Source of the DNA: Lingula anatina
Lineage: Eukaryota; Animalia; Brachiopoda
Length of the DNA stretch: 64,000 bases
NCBI GenBank assembly: GCA_051362555.1
Contig: CM120643.1
Coordinates: forward strand, 15,598,644-15,662,643
Direction of reading: 5' to 3'
Made by a program: the position numbers and the translations under genes. Under the pieces are notes generated by a model, which was not told the origin of the DNA, did not search any database, and saw only the letters and a list, made by a program, of their open reading frames with translations. Shown piece after piece: positions 37,385-51,100 of this stretch (position 1 is the first letter of the stretch; every line of letters begins with the position of its first letter).

Positions 37385-40300
37385 TACACTGTAAGCAAAA
37401 AATGGAGCTGGGTAAGTTTGTTTGGATTCAGCTAATCTGTTTAATTTTTTTCACTTGCCTGATACTATTTGAATCTTTGACCTGCCTGCTTCAGGCTTGA
37501 TAAATGGAGATATGAATATGTGATGTTGATCATGCCCACAGTATATCTGTGAATGCTGGTAGCTGGGATCATGCAAGCATTTCAAATATTTGCAGCTCCA
37601 CAAATGTTTTGTTTCTGTTAATGTTTCATATATGGAGAGAACTGAATTTGAAAGATATTAATTAATAATTTAAAAGCAGAAAAAAAAATTGGAATTTAAG
37701 AATCACAAATGACATGCAGCAGGCCAGATATAAAACACTAAGCACTGGGCTGCTCTACTCTGAGCAGTGATCTATTTGTAATGGGGTGAAGGAGATATAA
37801 GACTTTTTGCTAGGTGCTACTGATAAATAAATGTAATTTAGCTGAAGAAATAAAGAAAAATGATAATTGGGTTTTAGACAATGGTCATTGATTTGGTGAA
37901 AAAGTAGTTATTTGGCTTCGACAGAAATTGCCAGCATGACCCCGTGTGTTTCTTCCATTGAATGACAGATGAGTGGCAGTTATATTAAATTACTAAGTAA
38001 TGAATGGAAGGAAAGACACCTTCTAATCTGTTACCCTTTTTTAGTTCAAGGCATTCGTTTTGATATATCTCAAAACTAAAGTAGGAATTAGAACTTTTTT
38101 ATAAGCTCAGCTGGGAAATGTTCAGATGAACCACTTTAAGGTACAGATTTTATTGATCTGCTTTTATTTTTAGAATGCAACATTTTTTTTCAGGTTTTCA
38201 CTGTTTAGCTCAAGAACTGCCCATGAAATAGCACTAATTCAACTTCAGTTTAGATTGCAACTTGATAAATTGAGGATTTATTTCCACTTATCCCATTGTG
38301 TCCACCATTGGTATATGTCATGCAATTTAAGTTGAACTTCATGTTCATACTTCTCACACATATAACTTTTTACTTTGGTGATGATACAAGTCATTTGAAT
38401 TATTACAAAAACAAGCTCAGATCACAATCCCACATTTTAATTGTTTAACAGCTGAATTGCATATAATTCACACTGTCATATTCACTGTCATGTCAGATCT
38501 TCTCTATATGTAACTAATTTTGTTTGGTTCCTAATTGGATACATAGAAAATATGGACATGCATCTTTTTGGATCTCCTTGGGGCAGACAAGTAAATTGCT
38601 TCATTTTCTTTAATGTGTCAATTTAGTTTTCTATGGTTCTTCTCTTTATATCTGGAAGCAATGAGGCCATGTGTGTGGCACCCGTTCTTGAGTCATATTA
38701 TCATTATTGAAATAAATGACTCCCTACAAAACCAGAGGCAAAAAAAAGTAAAAAAAAAAAAGTACATCATATTCATGATGTTGAACTTTGGCTTTTGCTT
38801 ATCTGAAGAAAAACCCTTTGCCCTTGGATCAAATAAATTTAAAATTTTAAATTAGTGGACAAAAATATTCAATATTTCATAAACATACTGCAATTCATGA
38901 TGAAATTTTATTTTTATTCAGATTCTGGTAACTTTTAAAGCAAAGTGGTAGAGGTCATTTTGTTATTGCTATCCCTGGCTGAGAGGTCAAGGGTCAAGGA
39001 GGTGTGGCTTTGTCAGCTCTGGGCCTAAACTGACACCTGACAGTTATGAGGTACATATACAGTAAATTATAAATTATTAGTTAGATTATTTTTGTGAATA
39101 TTTTTGAAGAAAAAATGTTTTTAAAATCCTATTTAATTTGCTAGAAAACAAATTTGTGTATCTTGAGCAAAGGAAACTGAATTATAAATGCTCTTAAGTT
39201 TTTATTATTTCAAAGTGAGATATTCTTAAAGAAAAATATATATGTGATGATAAAATGATTTCCAGTCCTCTCTTACGGTATTTTTGAAAATTATATGTAA
39301 CCATTGATATTTTAATCATCTCATTTTATAGGTTGAATATTTATAGGGACACTACTTGGTTTGAGAAGAGCATAACTTGTTCTACTCTTGTGGATTTAAG
39401 TGAAGATTTCAAGGTGGCATTTTAAGTAGCTTTAGTATCTTCCTCAGGATTGGTGAAAGCGCACCTTTGTAAATCTTGAATTTAATTGGAATTTACACAT
39501 GTTGGGTGAGTTTCTGGTCTTTTTTATGTTCTAACTTTTTTGCTTCTAATTTACAGATTTTTGTAATCTTAGGAATAAGACTTGTCAATTCGTTTGTAAT
39601 CTAGGCTCCTGGAAACTTCAAGGTACCTTTTGTCGTCTGTCTATTTTTCAATGGAATTCAAACTAACTTGTTTGCAAAACTTTGATATTTCTGATTAAAT
39701 CATTTAGGAGTAAACTTTCATGAACTTTTCAAAGTAATCTAACAGAAGATTCAATATTTCTATAAAAGTTATAGCACAACGGAGAAAATGACTTCTTGAA
39801 CACTATTACTTTAAGAGGAAGTCCTGGACACACAACATTTGTGACTTTTCGCTGATTATTCATTTCCAGATCTTTGGAAAACCTGTCACTATGATGTTAA
39901 AATGAAAGAAGGTGGATAATTTCTTCAGTTTAGTAGGTCACTTGTTTGCTCAATCTTCATTTTTTATCAAAGAAAACATGTCAATGTAGGCATTTTAAGT
40001 ATTGGGAAATCAATTCCTTACACTTTCACTTGAAGTAGATTTATAAGTGAAGTTGTCTGAAAAATGAGGCAATTTTCAGTTGTTTAGATGAAACAGTCTC
40101 ATTTTTTTAAGGAAACCAGAATAAGTAGTTATTCTTTAGCTCATTTCTCTAGCCTCCTGATTATTTTGTTTTATTCAACTGATGGTAAATATATGATATT
40201 GTACTAAGTGGATTTCATTGATGCATCTACCTGAAGATAAAATAATTGTAGTAAATCATAAATTCCAGACAGAACCATTATAGGTTTTATTATTGAGATG

Positions 40301-41050
40301 ATCATGTAATAAGAATTAAAGCAGAACATTTTAGTTTGGTTTGAAGTTCAGAACTATATAACACCACTTACTACAAAAAAAAAAAAAAAAGTAAAACCCC
40401 TTGCTTTGTAATTCTTGTTGTCCTCAACCGAATGGCTCAATATCAACACTGTCTGTGATCTAGGTTTTATTTATTTTTTATTATAATAATTTCATCTTTG
40501 TCAAGGAAACCAAATCTCAGTAAATTAAATGATGCTTGTGCCAAGTTCAATGATAAATGACCAAAAATTGTAAGATAACTTTACAGAGTATATGAAAAAG
40601 CATACTGCAAATGAAAAACATAATTTTACTCAACTTGTTTGAATACCAAACAATTATCAGAGTATTTATGTTATTAAACGTGTGACAAAATGAGTTTTTT
40701 TGATGATTTTAGAGAAAGAAATCTTTGATGGAAATAATTTGTCTGAAGAATGTCTCATATTTGAAACTGTAGTATTCATAATAGTAAATCAATAGGCTCC
40801 CTTTACATAGTCATGTGTAAGTGAGCTCTCCCAAGGGGTTGTTCTGGGAATGACCAGTGCTTTGAAAATGTAGAAGAGATATCTTTTTTCCTCTTTTTTT
40901 TTCACATTTTGTGACACTAAAGAGGAGCTATCACTCATGGTGATTTGTGTTTATAGTTGCAAGATGTATACTGTTCATGGTCACATCTACATAAGAGTTT
41001 TGAATTTTGGAAAATTAATGTGGTGATATACATGCACACATATATACATG

Positions 41051-41054
<4 letters not shown>

Positions 41055-41083
<29 letters not shown>
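41055..41083 (+). repeat. (AG)n microsatellite
   Basis: Direct reading. Confidence 0.93.
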
Positions 41084-41087
<4 letters not shown>

Positions 41088-41347
41088 ATTGATGCATTAC
41101 AGAAAAATCTGTACAGGAATTTATTTTGAATATGTGATAAGAGTGCATTTTTAATATAGCGTATGAAGAATTTGCATTCTGTGTGAAAAAAATTCACTAT
41201 GGAGGGGGGGGGGGGCAGGGGAGGGCTATGTCTCAGAAAGGCTCAGCGGGTGACTAACATAATGGCGTGGTCAAGTGATACAGGTAACATGCTCAATCTT
41301 CAGTGCAAGAAATATTGGTGACCTAAACGACATGAAATAATCATATT

Positions 41348-41608
41348 AGTAACATATCTCTGTTATATTGATATACTAGGTGATATGTACATATAACATA
41401 GCATCTCTTTTATATTGATATAGGTGATATGTATAATATTTATGTAATATGTTATATTGATATATAAGGTGATATGTACATATAACATCTTGTTTTATTG
41501 ATTACGTGTGATATAGGTGGTACATACATATGATATTTTTGTTAAATTGATATAGGTGATATGGACATATAAAATAACATCTCTATTATATTGATGTAGG
41601 TGATATGT
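41348..41608 (+). repeat. AT-rich minisatellite, about 6 degenerate units of ~40-50 bp (TTATATTGATATAGGTGATATGTACATATAACATCT)
   Basis: AGGTGATATG recurs five times plus one AGGTGGTAC variant, each preceded by a TATTGATAT-like word. Confidence 0.88.
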
Positions 41609-44600
41609 CAAAGAATCAAGAAAATACAGATCAGACCACTGAGTAGTGTACTAACTCATGTTTCATTTTCAGTTTAGCTGGCATGGAGGAGTTCAGAATA
41701 CATGCTGTTTTGGTGTTTTGCATTTTGAAATAGTTAAACACAATACAAGATACTAGTTTATGAAGAGAAGACTGAGAAAAAACATGTACAGAAGATAATG
41801 TAAGAAAAAGGAGTGGACTGCCTTAGAATATATCGAGTCAGAAAAACCTCGGATAGAAGAATGAAATAGAATAGGATAGCCTGGAAAAGAAACAGAATGT
41901 GTATATTTTATGTCCATCACCAAGCAAGGAAAAGCTTAAAGTTTGAGCTTATATATATATATAGTCACCTGAGTGTGTGTGCATGTATGTGTGTATATTA
42001 TTTTTTGATCAACATACCATAGATATCAATTTGACTCAATTTTTTAAACTTAAAAGATAATTGTGGTGATTTTGATAAATCCTCATATACATAGATATTA
42101 CAATAAAAAAATAAAGAGATCAGTCAAAGGATGACTGCAGTATGGTGCCCCTGTATGCAGTTTTAAATGACATTGTACTTTAATTACGTTGAGATTAGAT
42201 GAAAATTACAAGATTGAAATAAAATAAAATAAGATAGAATATCAACTTATTGGTGTATCTTTCATTTAAAGTAAACTTATTTATTTATGTAATGTTTAAG
42301 CATCTTGTGTTCTTTACAAATTATTTCTCTGTCACCTCTGAGAACATGTTTAAGAAAGATGGGTCATCCTCAACAGAGGGATCATAATCCTTTTTAGACT
42401 ACTGTGTATTTTTAATGGAAGAATAGCCCAGTGTTCAACTTCATAGTCTGTCCATGGATACAGGAAAGATATATGAGCTTTGAAATGTTTACAAAACATA
42501 CCATTATACATGACATGATTATAAGTGTGTCAGTTTTGAGTGCTAAAAGTGATGCTTTTAGGATAAGTTAACATGGTCATTGGTCATCTGTTAACCTGGC
42601 AGGGGCTATCTCTACTTCCAGCCTGGCTCCACAAAGTAGCATTAAAGCTGTTATAATTATAAGTAGTGTTAACTCTGCTGTTGCAGTGTTGTTAAATGGA
42701 TCAGGTCAGTGGGCCGAAATCTGCCGCTACACCTGCCCTGACGCTGGGCGACAACGCATGACAAGTGGGAGTTTTCATTACCCAAACCCTCAATTGAAAT
42801 TAGGAACATTATTTTCTCATTTATCTTCTTTAGGTGGAAGCAGAGAAAAGTTTTCTCTCCTGTATACTCCCTCTTTGTTCAAGGACTTGTGGACAAAATC
42901 AGTGGGTTTTCTCGAAAAGATGCACATCCCAGCACGAGACCTGTGTCTGCGGCGCAATTAATTTGCAATTCTTCTTACATGCTCTGCGTAGCTGAAACAT
43001 GTCCCATCTGCGGTGCACAATTTGTACGACTTGAATTTACACTTTTTCAGCTTTGAGACTGTATTAATTTCACATTATTCCACCCTTGTTGTACAAACGT
43101 TGTGAATTGTAGGTACATTTCAAGTAGATCATATTCCCATTAGTTTTGGGTGCCCAGGGCTTTAGCTTTGTAAGTGAATAGTAGATGATTCCAATGATTT
43201 TTTTTTTACTCACAAACCAAGAGAGTTGATACATTGCAGAAAAAAAAAACTCTTTTACTCGATTCCCAAAGTAGCCCATTGTAGTAATAGCAATAATGTG
43301 AAGACGTCATACATTTATAGATTGACTGATCTTTTTAGCACTGAATTAAATAAAGGAGAGAGAGAAAGAAATAAGAAAATGACAATGAAATAAAAGGTTG
43401 ACAATAAAATGAAAGCATCACAGATTACTGCCCAAAAAGTGATTGTAATGGGAAAATAGTTTCACTGTATATGTAAATAATTATATTGAAGAATGTTTAT
43501 GAGAATTAGGCTCATTTTTTAAAAATATTATTGCCAGTTTTATCCAAATTTCACCTTTACTTGTTCACAACTGAGATGTTCACAATAAAGTGTCGTAAAT
43601 TAAAAAAAATATATGGGTCTAATTTTCATGAGTATTTTTCAATATGTCCACCACACTGTCCAAGTTACAATACCATACAGCTGTGCAACACTTATGTATC
43701 TCAAATGTTTATTGGAGAAATTTAGAGAATATACTTCATTTTTTTCTGAACTTAACGTAGAATATCATCAGGAATAATGAACATGTACCAGTTATTGGGC
43801 TTTGAAGAAAATAAGTTTTTTTTTTAATGTGAACAACAGAAAATAGGTGGGGATGTGAACAAGAGGTACATAACCCCAATTTGTGCCAACTTAGAGAACT
43901 AACTACCATAAAATAGATTGTGAAATCTCAGGGGGAACTCTTCAATTTTTGCAAATGATTAAAATAAGCAGGAAATTAAATGCGTATTATTTGGTTATTA
44001 TACTTGACATCTTGTTTTATTCTATTTTCTTATATATAATAAGCCCTTTTGAAAGGTAGATAATTGAATGCATAAACAAGCAATAAGTTGAATTTCTGAT
44101 GTAAATATATAATAACAGCAGCACTGTGTTTTTCAACTCAAAGTTTATCTATAATTCAAAGGTGAAAAGAAGTACAAGGGAATATACGTATGTGGTTTGA
44201 AGAAGAACAAAAAAAGACTGGGGATTTGTACAGCCTGTGTTTCAATTATTCATGAGAGGAAAGTAAATGATTCACCAAACATCAGACAGTGGCAGAAGTT
44301 TGTTCCCAATAAAACAGAATAATTTATGAAATAAGCTCTGCTGGCAAAGACTCATTGAGGTTCATGTCTTAAAAGTGGAAAACAAAAGAGTGAAATATGT
44401 TTAGAATTCAACTTGGCAGAATTTGCATTCTCGTTGAAAAAATTTGATCATGTTAGGTATTAATTTCAGTTTTAAAAGAATCTTAAGCAGGAGCCAATAT
44501 TAGTGTAGTGTACAGTGTAGTGTTTCAGATCTCTATTACTGTGAACTCATGACACTTGTAGTGGCTATAGCTGCTGTCACACTTTCATATAAAATCTGAA

Positions 44601-44839
44601 TTGTTAGCACATAGTTGTAAGTATCTTGACTTCCAAATGCTGCTTTTGTATTGGAGAGTGTATCAATCCAGATGTTGGCCCTAATTTATGTACCATCAAA
44701 ATTTCTTTGATATCATTGTCACTACAACTAACTTTGGGAAACTGATAGATATTGTAAATGTTGTTGCCAGCTAAGCTCTTTCAAGTTTTTGACCACACTT
44801 ATTGATGTCAGGATGGTTTGCAATTTTTCATGTTTTCTC

Positions 44840-44898
<59 letters not shown>

Positions 44899-44930
44899 TT
44901 TGTTTGTTTGTTTGTTTGTTTATTTATTTT
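44840..44930 (+). repeat. (TTTA)n/(TTTG)n microsatellite
   Basis: Direct reading. Confidence 0.95.
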
Positions 44931-47900
44931 GATCATTTTAGTTACATTGAGTCAGTTTTAGAGACTGGACGTACCTGTCATCTTTCTTAACAAGGAAGAG
45001 ATCTGGTTTCTCAAATAGGAGGCAATGTATGAATTATTCTCTGCTTACTTTGAGGTATCTGCATGGGATATTGGCTAGTTTAGTTGTGTTTAAAAGCTTG
45101 CCACCATTACTAAAGCATAACACCCATTCTGTTAACTCACAATGGTCAGTCACATTTGATGACCACCTGCTCCTTGTGTCAGTCAACTTCAAAGATTTGA
45201 CAGCTGCTTTTATTTTTACTTTTTTCTATTTTTGAAATTCTTCCTATCTATAGAGAACTTTTTGAATAACACGCTTAAATATTATTCTATTGATCAAATC
45301 AATCAGGTTGATAATTTAGGTTGTTCATATTTTTAAAAAGTAAGAATACTTCATATTGATGAAATTTTTAACTTGTAAGAAAAAGGAAAGAAAAAACAAG
45401 CAACATGATCATGTTATTTACAAATTGAAGTTCCCTTTTTCATTCATTAGTTTGTTTTAATCTCAGTTTTGTCAGTTTCATATAAAGTTTATTTTTAGCA
45501 TTTTCATAATTTTACCATTGAATTTGTATAATATGTTGTGTTTGGTCAAGCACTGTAACTTTATTAATCACTATTACAGCAGCAGATGCAGCAGAAACGT
45601 GTCTTATAAATAATGTTGAAGAATGTATAGAAATTACACCTACAAATTTAACCCGCTTATCAAACGAATAAAGAAAATTTGATATATACATATAAATTAT
45701 AGGCAAGGAAAGCAAAACAAAATAACAAGAAGAGTTGAAGCAGTCAAATTAGAAGAAACAAATCAAATAACTTTAAATATTACAGTGAATGCTTGTATTC
45801 TTAGGTTGATTAAGATGAAGGCTAGTTCAATGACTCATGCAATGTACATGTTCCTAATCACAGCAGCAACTGTGGGCAGTGTCATTAACAGTGTTGACAA
45901 CTAAAAAAACAACTTACTTGGTAAAATTAATCATTGGAAATTCATTTTATCTTCAGATTTAATTAAGGTAAAACAGCTCTGTGGCATGCTATCAATAATA
46001 TTTTTCACTAAGGGATTTAAAAGATCACGCAGGATCACACAAAAATAGCAATACATGGAGTAAGGTGTAGGTGTCACATTATTAAGAATAATTATGGTTC
46101 TGCAAATTTGATTTTTATTACATGTTCTTGATTGTAATGAGAAAGGAAATAACCAGGATCTGTTTTATTGATTAGTTATTAAAATGATTGAGACTTCACC
46201 TGTCTGACAGTGATGTCACACCTACTTTACATTATTATAAAATGTCAGATTTTCTTCAATTATATCTTAATTTTGTAACACTATGTTTTAGATTCACTGG
46301 AACTTCAAGTAAGGGATTCCAGCAATTAGATTTGTCTTTGTAATTGCTTATATCAGTTTTGGAAGTGATTATTTACTAATTTAGACAGTTGTATACCAAA
46401 AATATTCTCTGTACTTTGTCTGTTTTCTCATGAACACCAAGGCGTACCCAGAGAAAATCAGTCACCGGAAAATTAATATCAAATGATAGGTATTTTTAAA
46501 TCAACTTTGTGAAAAAAAAGCAAAACATATTTTTTATATTTTGATTTGTTGCTATTTCTGTGTGTAAGTGGTGGACATCCTCCTAACACTGATTAGCCAG
46601 AAGTTTAGGGATATCTGCTCAGGATGTCTTCTTTTTTCTGGTAGGAAAGGTTTGCAATAGGACTCACTTTGTAGTATTTTTCTTTTTTATTTACTGTTCA
46701 CCCCAAAAGGCCAGTTTTGCGTAAGATCTTGCCCTCTATACATACATTTTTGAACACATTTTGATATGTTCTATTTCTGCACATTTCTGTAAGACCTGCC
46801 ATAAGGAAAATATTCATGTTCCAAGCTCTCTAGTACACCTGTTTGATCAGTGAACTTCTAATTACAGAAGAAATATGTTATTTGTGAATAGTTGGGGGGG
46901 GGGGGGGGGGTCAACTGTTTACCAGGGAAGCACAGGTGGTTTTGTATGGTCAGAGAATAAATGGAACTCTTGTGCCTACCTACAAAGGGCAGTAGGGAGG
47001 TATTTTTTCCTTAGATATATTTCTCAAGCTGGAACATAGATAATTTGGAAAACATAAAAATAGAAGTGAGTCATGATAGAAGCTATTTAGGTTTAATATA
47101 TAACCGTTGTTCGATTCAGAAGGAATGTGGCTTTTTAACAAATTTTCAAGTTCGCAGTTACTTGTGTGGAGATTGCAAGTGTTAAGCTAAAGACCAGTTG
47201 GCAAGGAATGCATATTTTTTATAAAATTTTCCACAAACTCTGTGCAACTTTTCATTTTTTAAACTGAAAATGAATTGCCCTCAACCATTCTTCTTACAGA
47301 TCTTTTTCTCTTCCATTCCTCACATTTATTTTGTTGTTTTATGGTGTTCATTGTGATTACCCTGTCTAGCTTTTATACTGAAAACAAACTTCAGTAGAAA
47401 AAAAAAGTTCAAAAGAAGTGTCAAAAGAAATAAAAATTATAAATGAATACTAAATGAAAAGATTACTATATAACAGTTTAGTAAAATTGAAAAAAAAATC
47501 TATTTTATGTTTGTTTTTTAAAAATTAATTTAGATAGAGAAAGTACATTTTTTCACTGAAAGTTGTCAGCAGCCAAATGTAGTTCATTTGTGAAGGTCAC
47601 AGTGCCCATAGTTTGAATATGAAAGGGAATTTGATAGCAAATCCTTTCAAAGAATGTGACACAAAGGAAAGAATGTGCCCATATTGGGAGAGACAGTTGG
47701 TTATTTTGAGTGATGTAAGAGAAGAGTGATAAATATTTCTCTCATGGTAATTTCATGCTGGCAGGTTCGTGCCTGGAAAAAATTAAGGAAACAATCCACA
47801 TTTTATTTTTAAAAAAATCACTTTGTTAATCATTAGTTGTAATTGAATCTCTTTCAGACCTGATAAATAATATTATTTCTTGTTAAATATAAATTTAAAA

Positions 47901-48071
47901 GTAATGAAGTCTTCGAAGCATGCAACATATTCTGCTGGAGAGCTCTTGGTCAGATTTATTAAAGTATTTTGATTTTACTCAAATTTGTTCCAGCACATTA
48001 CTTGAATTAAATCATTTTAGTAAGGAAATTTTGGTTTTTATCATACAAATTAAGGTATGTTTTTTTAATGC

Positions 48072-48151
48072 AAAAAAAAAAAAAAAAAATAATAAATAAA
48101 TAAATAATAATAATAATAAAAACAATAATAAAATAATAATAATACTAATAA
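48072..48151 (+). repeat. Poly(A)/(AAAT)n/(AAT)n low-complexity tract
   Basis: Direct reading. Confidence 0.9.
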
Positions 48152-51100
48152 AACCTGTCAGCAGGTACTGTTCTGTACATGAAGGAATTCTTCTCAGCAT
48201 TTCGATGAGAAAATATCTTCCAGAACATTTTTCCACCAGTCATGGTTGAGGTTCTGCAGCCTCAGGGGAAAACCATCAGTCTCATCAACTTGATTGGACA
48301 GTTAATGGAGGCAGTTTTCACCTTTCCACTAATTTTAGATAATTAACAAATGCGGTGAGAGTTTGAGGGGATGGGGGCGATATTGCCACCCGCGAGGGGA
48401 GATGCTAAGGGTACCTGGGGCATCGTTAAAGTGTCTTTAGCAAAAGGAGGACGGTTTTATGTCACACCTGCTGATGGCCTCTGAAAGAGTGCCATAGAGA
48501 GACAACTGATTCAAAAGTTATGATGACTCTTGATAGCTCATTTTATGGTTAGTTAACCACCTAATGTTACTTTCAGCCTATCTTTCTATGGGAGATGTAA
48601 GTCTTGAGTATTTTTTCTCAATCATGAATGTCCAATACCTGCGGCAATGTGCTTTTTGACAAATGAGAGAGAGGGAGAGAGAGATGGGCTAAGGGGGGGA
48701 GGGGAGGAAGAGAGGGAGACTAGTGTTTCTTGTCATGAGAAATGAAAACAGGGATGTTTTTTGAATTGATCATAAATTTTCTGAAAATCAGATATTTGAT
48801 AATACAAATAGCATGAAAGTTGTTTTTATTTGATAATTATGATTAAGCCCTTAATGTAAAAACCTGCAAGTTATACAAAACTTTATTGCTGATTGTGTGG
48901 CGTTAACTTCTTAAAGTAGAAAACTCAAAATACTCAAATTTTGAATGTTCAAATTCCAGAAATGCCCTTACAATATTTTCAAGGCTTTGAAATTTGCAAA
49001 TAATTTTAAAATTGGTAATAATAAACCTCACATTCAGCTTAAAATATTCAGGATCCTTAGGTGAAAACACATTTATGAAAATTAAGTTTAACCTTTTTCC
49101 CTCTGGTAGTATGAATAATTATTAAATGTTTATCAGTTATATATTTTGCGTACAGTTATGCAATATTTTAGATTTGAAATTTGCATGCAGTAAATTTGTA
49201 CCATTTATATTTTTCATTTTTCATTCTTTTATTTGATCAGTGAACTTCAAGGAAAGTAGCATTTTAGAATTAGTTAAATAATACTTATGGTAAAAAGACT
49301 TTGCGCCTCTAAACAAACCCTCCTGAATGCTTTATGTAACAAACGGAACAATTCATTAACATCCTATTTTGGTTATAATGGCCATTCTCTTTTACTTTTT
49401 GTAGATTTTTATCGTATTTTATTTGTTTCTGTTACACAAGGAAGTTTTTCCTTGCCTAAATATTCCATACCATTGGATTCATATTGCCACTTTTTTTGTA
49501 AAAAAAAAAAAAGACAAATATGAAAAGCAGCTTTTTAGGTGAAAGTGGCCAAAGCACCAACACTGCTAAGTAATTCATGGCTTTTTATAACTTTTATACA
49601 AACATGTTTAATTAAATATGTCTGTTGTTAATGGGATAATTATAATGATCATAATCTTTACTGATGGAGTTAATTAAACTATTTTCATTTTTGATCAGAA
49701 GGATTAGGGCAAGGTTATGGTATCTTATTTTTTTATTTATACAAAAGAGAGAGAGTTTTACTGCAACACTTTAAAGCAAAGAAACAAGTATGGGAATATT
49801 CATTGGATTCATGACTTGCACATTTCCCGTTATCAAAAGCCAAGTTTATTTAATCAATTATTAACTCAGTACATGAAAGAGTTGAGTTGTGCTTGGCTAT
49901 TTTCTCTCTTATCCTAAAATAATCACTAGTTGTGCCTGTGCAGATGGAGATCTTTCTTAAAATGCATCAGTTACATCTTTAATCATTGCAGTTTATTGAT
50001 CATATCATGATCATTACATTTCATGTCGATAGTGAATTACAAGTTTGCATATCATGATTATTGGAACTGCTGATTCTCTTCTGGGGTTGCTACTGATGAC
50101 ACTGTGTCAGTACCATGCAGTTGGAATACTCTTTAAAAATTGTGCAACATTGAAAAATTCAGTTATATAACATATACTTGTAACCTTTCTGTTTTGAGTG
50201 AACAGTAATTTGACTAACTTGCTGAAGTTGGTCCTCCTACCATATGGTTATATGCAATGTGATCATCCATATCTTGTTGTACAGAAATTTGCATCCTAAT
50301 TTTTTTTATTCCCAATAAGACATTGGCCAACATTCTTGCTGCTTCTCCGACAATTTTGGTGACACCATTTTAGTTTTTTCAAACATTTTTACAGCCTTAC
50401 TTACAGAATCAAAAACTATTTCTGCAGAGACCCTTTTAAGTTAGCTTTGAAACCATTTCTATGAATATTCCATAGTTTTTAAATCACTTTCTATAAACAT
50501 CCAACATCTTTGTTGCAGAAGCATGGTGGTTTATTATGGCTTATTGTGGTTATCTTTTGCTGTTAAAAAATTCTGGCAGATTGACGTGTGTCTGTGTTAC
50601 ATAACATATGTATAATGCACCTTGCTGTAAATGACAGCTGTATTTCAAGTGCACAATGCAAGTTTCATGACAAAAGAGGGTTCTTTTTTGCATAATGTTT
50701 ACAGCTGTTCTATCACGCATGATGTATTTATGCCCAAACATTTCGTGATACATATACTTTTTTGTCAAATCTTTCATCTGAATCTGTAGCTCTTTTTTAA
50801 AGGTTGATGTCAATTAGTCATGGTACATATTTTCTGTATTTTTTACCTTTTTACGGATTTTTTATCCAAAATAAGTTGAACATGTTTTCTTAAACAGAAA
50901 TTGTGGAAATTATGACAACACCATAAATATGTTTTAAGAAGGAAAAAAAATTCATTGGCAGGGTTGTGGTTGTCTTATAACTACAGCTGTTTCTTGAAAG
51001 ATTATGATATATTTATGACTAAAAGTTGCTTACTTTACATTAAGGTTGTGCTTCTAAATAAGTCATGGGGCTGGAGTGTACCTTTGGTACCAGTATCAAA

